Positions 61,101 through 64,000 of a DNA stretch of 64,000 bases are shown here, in pieces. A program made the translations under genes and the position numbers. Position 1 is the stretch's first letter. Every line of letters starts with the position of its first letter. The notes beneath the pieces are model-generated. The model had not been told where the DNA came from, did no database searches, and saw only the letters and a list, made by a program, of their open reading frames with translations. This DNA comes from an uncultured bacterium (GTDB lineage Bacteria; Omnitrophota; Omnitrophia; Omnitrophales; Aquincolibacteriaceae): contig CAZLTL010000005.1 of the NCBI GenBank assembly GCA_964562525.1, forward strand, positions 876 through 64,875. Direction: 5' to 3'.

Positions 61101-64000
61101 CACTGAAACGGATTGTCGAATGACTTTTCCCTGCTCGTTAAAAACATACGTGGAACTATCACTGAAACTGAATTGAAACAGATTTTTATCAGACGCGCTG
61201 TAACCTTCTAAGCTCATCCCAGACAGATTCTTTGAAATGATATTATTCAAGTCGCTAAGATCTGCCGCAAATGAACCCGAGAAATTAATCAAAGGAAGTG
61301 CTCGAGCGTCTACAATATGTCCGCTTTCACCCTTGACGTCCCATGCCGCGAATGAAACATCTCCGCTTTGAATATCTTTAAACCGAAGAATTGTTCCGCT
61401 TACATTGGTGATTTCATGCGTATCGGTTTTGCTGTATATCAAAGACTGAGCGATTCCCGCTGCACGCGCCGCTTGCGCAGATTCAGAACCGGCTGGCAAT
61501 TTCTCAAAATCAAAATCTATGGCGCCGCGGAATGCGCCGATTAAACTGTTTTTGCTGTCGACAAATACTCTTAAAGCTAAGTCAGTGCCAATTTCGTCAC
61601 CCGAAATAACTTTTGAGGATGTTGCGTGAGTCGAAATCAATTCAGCAACCGCGTTATTCACTGATATTTCCGAGGAAGAAGTGTTCCTTGGATCATTGGC
61701 AGAATAAACAGTAACCGAAGTTTGAATATTGGCTTTATCTTGTTTAAGCTCGCTCTCATTGGCCCAGCGCATATCCGAGCCGAATTGGCGGTCAAAGCCG
61801 TCAACGAGTTCTCCGTCGTTGTTATAGACACCAAGAAAGTCACGACCAATATTTTCACCCGGAAGAATCTTGAACCCTGCGCGAGTTTCAGCATATAAGA
61901 GTCCTTTAATATTGTCCGCGCTGCTGAAAACTGCAATAGTTGCACCCTGCGCCAAAGGATCAGTGCCTGCAAAGAGATCCGTATCCACAAATACGCGGAA
62001 TGAGCTGTTATTTTTATCTGAGCCCACCAACAGCAGGTTTGCCTCAGCTAAACCATAGCGGCCTTCATACTGTTGGCCCGATTGTGATATAAATTTTGAG
62101 CCTTCTTTACGCTCAAGGTTTTGTTGCTGCCGCTGCAATTCAGCTGGAGTTGCCGCTTGCAGCATATTGCCGGAGCGATCGAGCGCTCCAAAAAGTGATT
62201 TACCATCTTCGCTGAGAATCTGATACCAGTGTCCAGAACGATCCATATTGAGCAAAGCACGGTTACCATCGATCTCGATTGCCATTTGCTGTAATGATGC
62301 AAATTCACTCAAATTGCCGAAACGTGTCGCCAAAATCTCACTCGCTTCATTGAGGTAGATTGCGATTCCTGCATTATCTCCGCGGTCACTAATAATTTCA
62401 TATGCCGGAGAAATAGATTTCCAAGTTTTTCCGCTGCCATCACTCAAGCTCTTGTATTCACCGCTCTGTGGCAAGTTGTATCCGGAAGTTCCGTAGGCTT
62501 TCCGCAAAACCTCAGTTTGAGTTTTGCGGTCAAACAGGCCTATAGTTCCGCTTGTGTCGCGTATCAAATAACTTTCTTCACCTAAATGAGGTTGATATGT
62601 TTTTCCGGCAATTTGAAAAAATACTGTCTGGATTTGATCGTTGATCGTACCTAAGCCAGCGGGTTGCAGTACTTCTAATGTCACGCCTTGAAGCATACCA
62701 ATACGATCACCGGATTCGTTTAAATAGTATGCAACACTAACTTCGCGACCATTTTGGTCGAATGCAATACCCTTGACGAATTTGTTGTAGGCAAACTGCT
62801 TGGTAGGATCATTCGATTGAAGTGGATTTAACTTACCGCCAGCTTCCATCTTAGCGGGGCCATTCATGAACTGATAACCTACAAAAGCGCCATTGGCATC
62901 CGTGATCTTGAAGCTGTTGTTGCCCATGCCGGAGTAGCTTTGGTTATTTGCATAGGCAAAAAGTGTCATGGCTTCAAAACTGCCTACGCCAGTTACCATT
63001 CTATCAATCGCTTGATCTAAGCTCAGTGTTTTGTCGCCATTCCACTGGCTGACCAAAGTGATTCTATTCTCATGCGCAAAGAAACTAAAATGTTCTCCTT
63101 TGTTATTTGTCGCGCCAAAGACGCGCTCAACGTTAAGACCGCCGATTGATGTGTTCTTTGCAAATTCACCAGCAACTTTGTCAGTATCAACAGTCTTACC
63201 AGAATCAAAATGACCATTATGCCCAAGCACGCCTACTAATTCACCCGTGCGAAGATCATTAACCTGAAACGCTTGCGCGATATTCATTAATCCGCTCATT
63301 TCGTATTTAAAATTACCAACTTGATAACTCATGTACGTTAAGCCTTCAAATGAAGTCAGAGTTATATTTTGAGAGGCAGGACCATTCACTAGCAAATTAG
63401 CAAATTCAGGCAATCCCATGACTGCATTGATTTCATTCAGTGTTGATTGATTTCCGCGCAAAGTAATTGATTGACCGCGTTCATTCACCAAAAGCTGATA
63501 CATTTGTCCGTTGTTGGCGTCAGCGGTTAAAACTTGTTTCGCTGTGAATGTTGCGCTCTTCAAACCATCGCGCGTATTAAGCGACCAGGTATATGGCGAA
63601 TCAAGTGTGCGCGCATCGTAGAATTTGCCGCTGACACCGATTATTCCGTCAAGACTATGAGTGTAAGGGTTAAACACAGAGTAAACGCCATAATCCCCGT
63701 TTTGGAAAGCTTCAGGCAGGTGGCGATATTCGAGACCATCCTGCGTGTAAAATAATGCAAGTGTCTTATCCTTGCCGACCCCTGTCATCATCAAACTCGC
63801 AATATCCCCATTCTCAAATCCGATTTCAAACGAGGCTTTTTTCTGCGCGCTAAAAAGGGTTACAGACGAATCAATATTTAAATTGAGCAACCCTGATTTA
63901 GTATGAACTTGAGGTTGATCTTTGGTCCAAGTTCTCAAAGACAAGTATTCGCCCTGGTTAATGAACCCGATCACGGCTTGGGTTTTAAGATCGCGAGCGA
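49155..64000 (-). CDS. Giant multidomain membrane protein, >4,939 aa, 5' end beyond the window. Beta-rich N-terminal region, Gly/Ala-rich polytopic TM segment, central SF2/SNF2-like P-loop ATPase, second TM hairpin, long alpha-helical C-terminus with HExxH
   Basis: A single uninterrupted 14.8-kb minus-strand ORF (stop TAA at 49155-49157) that stays open to the window edge. Walker A DVSAGTGIGKT (~56296-56335), Walker B VVLDEAQ (55917-55937), motif V ILVATEVGGTGLN (54761-54805), motif VI AQVIGRDRS (54511-54537). Gly-zipper TM cluster ~59277-60297. HEAVH at 49924-49938. No other frame has comparable ORFs. Confidence 0.8.
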   Translation of the reverse strand, partial: ARDLKTQAVIGFINQGEYLSLRTWTKDQPQVHTKSGLLNLNIDSSVTLFSAQKKASFEIGFENGDIASLMMTGVGKDKTLALFYTQDGLEYRHLPEAFQNGDYGVYSVFNPYTHSLDGIIGVSGKFYDARTLDSPYTWSLNTRDGLKSATFTAKQVLTADANNGQMYQLLVNERGQSITLRGNQSTLNEINAVMGLPEFANLLVNGPASQNITLTSFEGLTYMSYQVGNFKYEMSGLMNIAQAFQVNDLRTGELVGVLGHNGHFDSGKTVDTDKVAGEFAKNTSIGGLNVERVFGATNNKGEHFSFFAHENRITLVSQWNGDKTLSLDQAIDRMVTGVGSFEAMTLFAYANNQSYSGMGNNSFKITDANGAFVGYQFMNGPAKMEAGGKLNPLQSNDPTKQFAYNKFVKGIAFDQNGREVSVAYYLNESGDRIGMLQGVTLEVLQPAGLGTINDQIQTVFFQIAGKTYQPHLGEESYLIRDTSGTIGLFDRKTQTEVLRKAYGTSGYNLPQSGEYKSLSDGSGKTWKSISPAYEIISDRGDNAGIAIYLNEASEILATRFGNLSEFASLQQMAIEIDGNRALLNMDRSGHWYQILSEDGKSLFGALDRSGNMLQAATPAELQRQQQNLERKEGSKFISQSGQQYEGRYGLAEANLLLVGSDKNNSSFRVFVDTDLFAGTDPLAQGATIAVFSSADNIKGLLYAETRAGFKILPGENIGRDFLGVYNNDGELVDGFDRQFGSDMRWANESELKQDKANIQTSVTVYSANDPRNTSSSEISVNNAVAELISTHATSSKVISGDEIGTDLALRVFVDSKNSLIGAFRGAIDFDFEKLPAGSESAQAARAAGIAQSLIYSKTDTHEITNVSGTILRFKDIQSGDVSFAAWDVKGESGHIVDARALPLINFSGSFAADLSDLNNIISKNLSGMSLEGYSASDKNLFQFSFSDSSTYVFNEQGKVIRQSVSVGENRTKYTYALVNGSTFVQIKTGEWQATGYQVSYGSVGGAMMPTGQTYKEKNERSYLRDVNGNVAWVNMTNSNQFISGSSVIVTEFGHEWILMGKNNPITLEGSGVGYEFTRVDDNTHHITFSLSENNGGDNKLIAVYKNNNFKQAAEYQFIDGGIIDNDPQIFVPQPGNAGESVNLIGFKGSLTFNAAGQLASFKYEDTDDDRFELARTFNSDNQATSIKYLNYAEGSQHSHVEDIDASGRVLRMRESYDNSFWLSAQSVWSDMSTGEKWLRGGAAALAVVGMVVVTYGTGALVLAGSTTVAVGSVSTASAFAVGGTIWLGVGAGMYMAGSYAGDNSVGNYLKVFGGVAMVGGAIGLAYGLGALGGVGGTSTFWTTVDTLGGIGLASTVGNAILQSNGIQGTWLNATLDVGSTLSYLPVGARLGVFIKSFAVSSARVGAAAFTKAGWQTFGSNAIKSVSTLRDLAKGWSTTQGLGTAALAALKSWNTVSASVIGLGAALQQVGHHYDIAFLKVVGTALAVTGGFMLMGPLFLGSLRGISGLNAATRFAYGTGVVASWIGAGTLTVGIITGNKQVQSWGLYFFSAGFAFRFLVGLSASVSRASIVNGKFILRDGKSQFLPLVSRDLAVKSGYMPISGALEQSIHGNKALVSALWDQAYSSVIFFHAFPVAESLLGIKHLFADFGANIGPDGKTYGWENWGNVRLAWAWFDHEFLSLEAWGTERLAHDVILGQVMHVAGITYSRGALGTLSETQGLIRGLANTFNNNFYKNHMLQPGGAGKFLAFADNMLMFNAVLSSINGVTALLTGTYTPIGGVSGPATLESIPMMLAHYFMMPVSFAAFAAANDFQGNYGKFMQGVGEYAIFLVPQARHPLMSTAAQGRFNSDFKTAIERITEVKAQTDGGRVLAEAYQQRRMDLVDQILFERKDISLEQVNLPKDSKPIDLTTVNFYVIANHASSRRTLAEFGIAISFAEPEARVTDAKTENVSFSRIAEADVQGVKVTDKYAARELLKDMDVSGRLSSGVILSEPHLFIEGMLSGSTAAKEVSGFFQAFTAQSNRGYLRTLVSDLFIDTENSAALTETVANVLNEAVKLAHEGFDAVNGKTLKEFLKETGLSDAAFKDNLVLNTRLSDLLPALAEAFVAQLTNLAPPAELISAQDAARAVLTVTLNEAAPTIRAEKAAEAIAEIQSRAPSKAAQVFRVASKNADKSFEGIVILDANGKTIHISYETLAMLRQLTGPQNAGMALFEYLAAEWKTVTLEELKNIDASASKTDVEIRTEAIREMLKMSNHEMIERFETKAAMKAWVEAIAEVRVIEPKYKALNTKLDGLRQELEGLYQKKGSAEQIQTVHDQIRKLEIEGSNLKGRVELVVNRSGLEQVADLVQFATGTSLGEALSIKETAGSRIQQLLRGALIEATRVDGKTEVLDALIKATSESEITALLARASTADLVLAARDRLHQELSAQNLNTSLFDAARSGNQEAIQAVRQQIRNVMESGLTRQLVDGIRKTFDKNSNGREEIAGKFASRVENYIFETVIFETTMTKDGRVNRETAMLSDKGLTDITDRPFADMMGRGAAHFMIAVGIDLGFDVSAGTGIGKTRGQLLGSAFYMSNRNFNERKGRVALVLENRMSSNKMPTEIEFGSGLTNSQVAKALGMELVLADKYIADGNRDFAGLQAELARKENGVLVTDILSKTHLFNNIDSPAGKDLIHYLNDKFDRVVLDEAQFAAFSRVKAIIADGNRPKFVGRETIEKYFEFIDTLKKKGYEEIKRSEFDTLGSEYFGAEGAGRKAFYVDELGGQVIFTAGLQAELTKIGAPYGIQLAREFSSIFLALYGKETRMGVMVGENAQGLARLVLKPADNIRIHKDQQSSDVALQIASLYKYFSDLGGKLGKTVSEYGFEKADVTPELGAQKTEGVSVESSSVKIQDWTKLESWFDSGSLGRLRTKMGTPVQSNFIRGAVALTATMPEYIRLFTGNALLELGRSAPDLSYYASKSVDRLSTVLLDGNVSKVAFQDSFEASMRDAVAKASEKKGNSNVVFNDNFVMVLRNPEMRKWIDESVAKMKAEGLLDAKYEILNVDQNTNEANIPGFAREMVSGFRILVATEVGGTGLNAARPREMSVSENREINSAVEQMKENQKNPEYKGQEGETALIDILKKVLPDEARSLSATHVFAFDVQNYASHFLAQVIGRDRSNQGQIRLFADAEALAGNLKTAIGEVSYDSFVSFLHRMQTRSANELEAVRAIESEVMKNASNEQVNLSQNRIALYESRLQMYGKILELAASLKEPGRIDPARFSEILNAELVREFGRETVLTLNAEFNEALHQSEGAKAVVRTYLQDFMVMKGMRKLLVTFNADEPMLKKIREVISELEEGKIGNEWTELSRDGVDGREFVRRQVEMTIQQVFGNKTETSRVERGSLMEKLLQTGLSRELIQHVFNFHDLMSIERAMTGERVSSEFDIARIEADNADGRYSIARQQEGSPRDFVKTVMLFSDYILKSRESRIAGNEQAQKYEKHVAQRVNNPERAINELKYESGVSAELADRVIDYWKQTGDIGVGTVNGRAYRSIQFLRGVFGANVTTPSSAGAVIEAVALIASLNGDTFDRGSSQNDAMVSAVQYLNTLNIFESRNSMDLAKRLEFIGHALADYQVELGNSQNALLGEMLASTLVSRNFEFAAWRAIRTMGFANTGAQAAVYQNVFTQGTRRSNLESGMIRRSESLKISEDKMYQALSTERGFLKTNLTPAVWAYRLKAFAYGTQGNDSNDLKRALVISSVGLVVGAVWTPAFLIAAGMFGAVLALTQSRWMPGMTDNIRGWWNNTLLPLIGLKSDHSLAAIVPNILNMSGEDAAAELSKLNLLIDAKAASLIIRHHANLVKALPREISIRSIETYIQLVQEFDARLTKAVFSVSDDEMTSLAAESLSKTLGRTENFLSRWATQKTWGAPLRAASEVLRNRAASSQYEILIKQMTKQGDGERSTEALAFAQTLKRIQQLAPASYAEVIGKSAQLMLILLSQAGEKINDGAIFDSLVAQALGGVETSMFKQYVYLKAIASFETQGLGSSQSLAWVLANAKQAGLTVEDALRMVDSEINTQHYSALSALLNTNISIAELKQVFAADMELRANITQDAFAAIAARYEWLTPESIQMLAEVHGLDAGGLITTMFAEGTFRNDFANAVLSARSQNALEQDLRQNLEGTVALLDLANQSEEMVHTNVLSEFRRVYGLGVDLTWIEKTAERVTASLESMQWNNFSAEEQPMAKTFITNAALVLRDIQKAVDSDPDAAAHVSGKIMFFSAELLKKLNLMRSMGASESQIDGVIRAFMLHETMEYLLDQWASEKYLAEQLGVQTLLKDESALQKKLTSIVADPKTADETRMKAQMMLWIHKQGSDSQGQIARDFLAEYFATVYLRALPEGEANQAYEGLTAAGAMMDELYLKKMASYRKIVSAGDSPILKYRSNFTQADAMLEKGDYQEAFKLYRAIFGEQSDYFGQIDMSRWFFQWLDAASRGDKELAESIVNAKLAENNQPEIKQRGEKILTESEAAELFKVTKSDNIQKAAAMYMRSWVFGVHDLIQNWGTDKGSAFVTETTMPVNMGLDAVDSEKQPVSANRSELRDSVLSDIVNLADKKISQLAPESDSLKNMTLPPIELATPEQVRDYFANNALGLYADIKEPNEDIAGKIVLNPDKFVGLDDQAYAVMVERMAIAIVSHEAVHAAQEGKTADELIAANSELLPFAGLYGSNIDMLREIEAYLETVKGMQRSAMAASFTAEVLLMNEYLEALKNASLDAKARLAVEQIMKGVAGVQSPFKSKIGRSTTNVMLLDPTGNLKINDVDVISAANIEAIDAQVLAKKILRIGISSSTILMPRELATNDRMLAKLAELNQTLAANNPADHELMTFAYDGENTLDQELIAKAISTGKLAIEFGAKQFDLQFAPGVDTRLSNGIRDMNKYWNNEALKSLLIELASRKKVEASA

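Overview
This is a 64-kb bacterial chromosomal window. All 48 genes from 1 to 49,090 lie on the + strand as conserved housekeeping operons. They are followed by one convergent giant minus-strand gene of more than 4,939 codons (49,155 to the window end), which is 5'-truncated by the window edge.

Gene order on the + strand: priA (5' partial), def, fmt, a GT4 glycosyltransferase, gap-pgk-tpiA-secG, recG, rsmD-coaD, yceD(DUF177)-rpmF-plsX-fabH-fabD-fabG-acpP-fabF, smc, pgsA-plsY, recA-recX-alaS, hisD-hisB-hisH-hisA-(small membrane ORF)-hisF, trpE-trpG-trpD-trpC-trpF (no trpBA), a cytoplasmic histidine kinase with a sigma-54-dependent (NtrC-type) response regulator, dnaK, an aerotolerance-type Bat operon (moxR, DUF58, membrane protein, batA, and a batB/batC fusion carrying a ~250-aa Gln/Asn/Gly-rich tail), a GatB/YqeY protein, and an Lnt-like apolipoprotein N-acyltransferase whose predicted catalytic Cys and Glu appear substituted.

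The giant gene encodes a mosaic protein: a beta-rich N-terminal region, a Gly/Ala-rich polytopic membrane segment, a central SF2/SNF2-like ATPase core (motifs I, II, V, VI identified by eye), a second TM hairpin, and a long alpha-helical C-terminus containing an HExxH motif. It is the most unusual element and a candidate undescribed membrane-anchored ATPase system.

The gene content (sigma-54 enhancer-binding protein, Bat operon, giant ORF) would fit Omnitrophota or a PVC-like lineage, but the lineage cannot be assigned from this window.

Regulatory calls are two strong Rho-independent terminators (after secG and after dnaK), sigma-70-like promoters upstream of gap and moxR, and a perfect 12-bp inverted repeat overlapping the putative recA promoter. 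No tRNA, rRNA, CRISPR or obvious transposase was seen.
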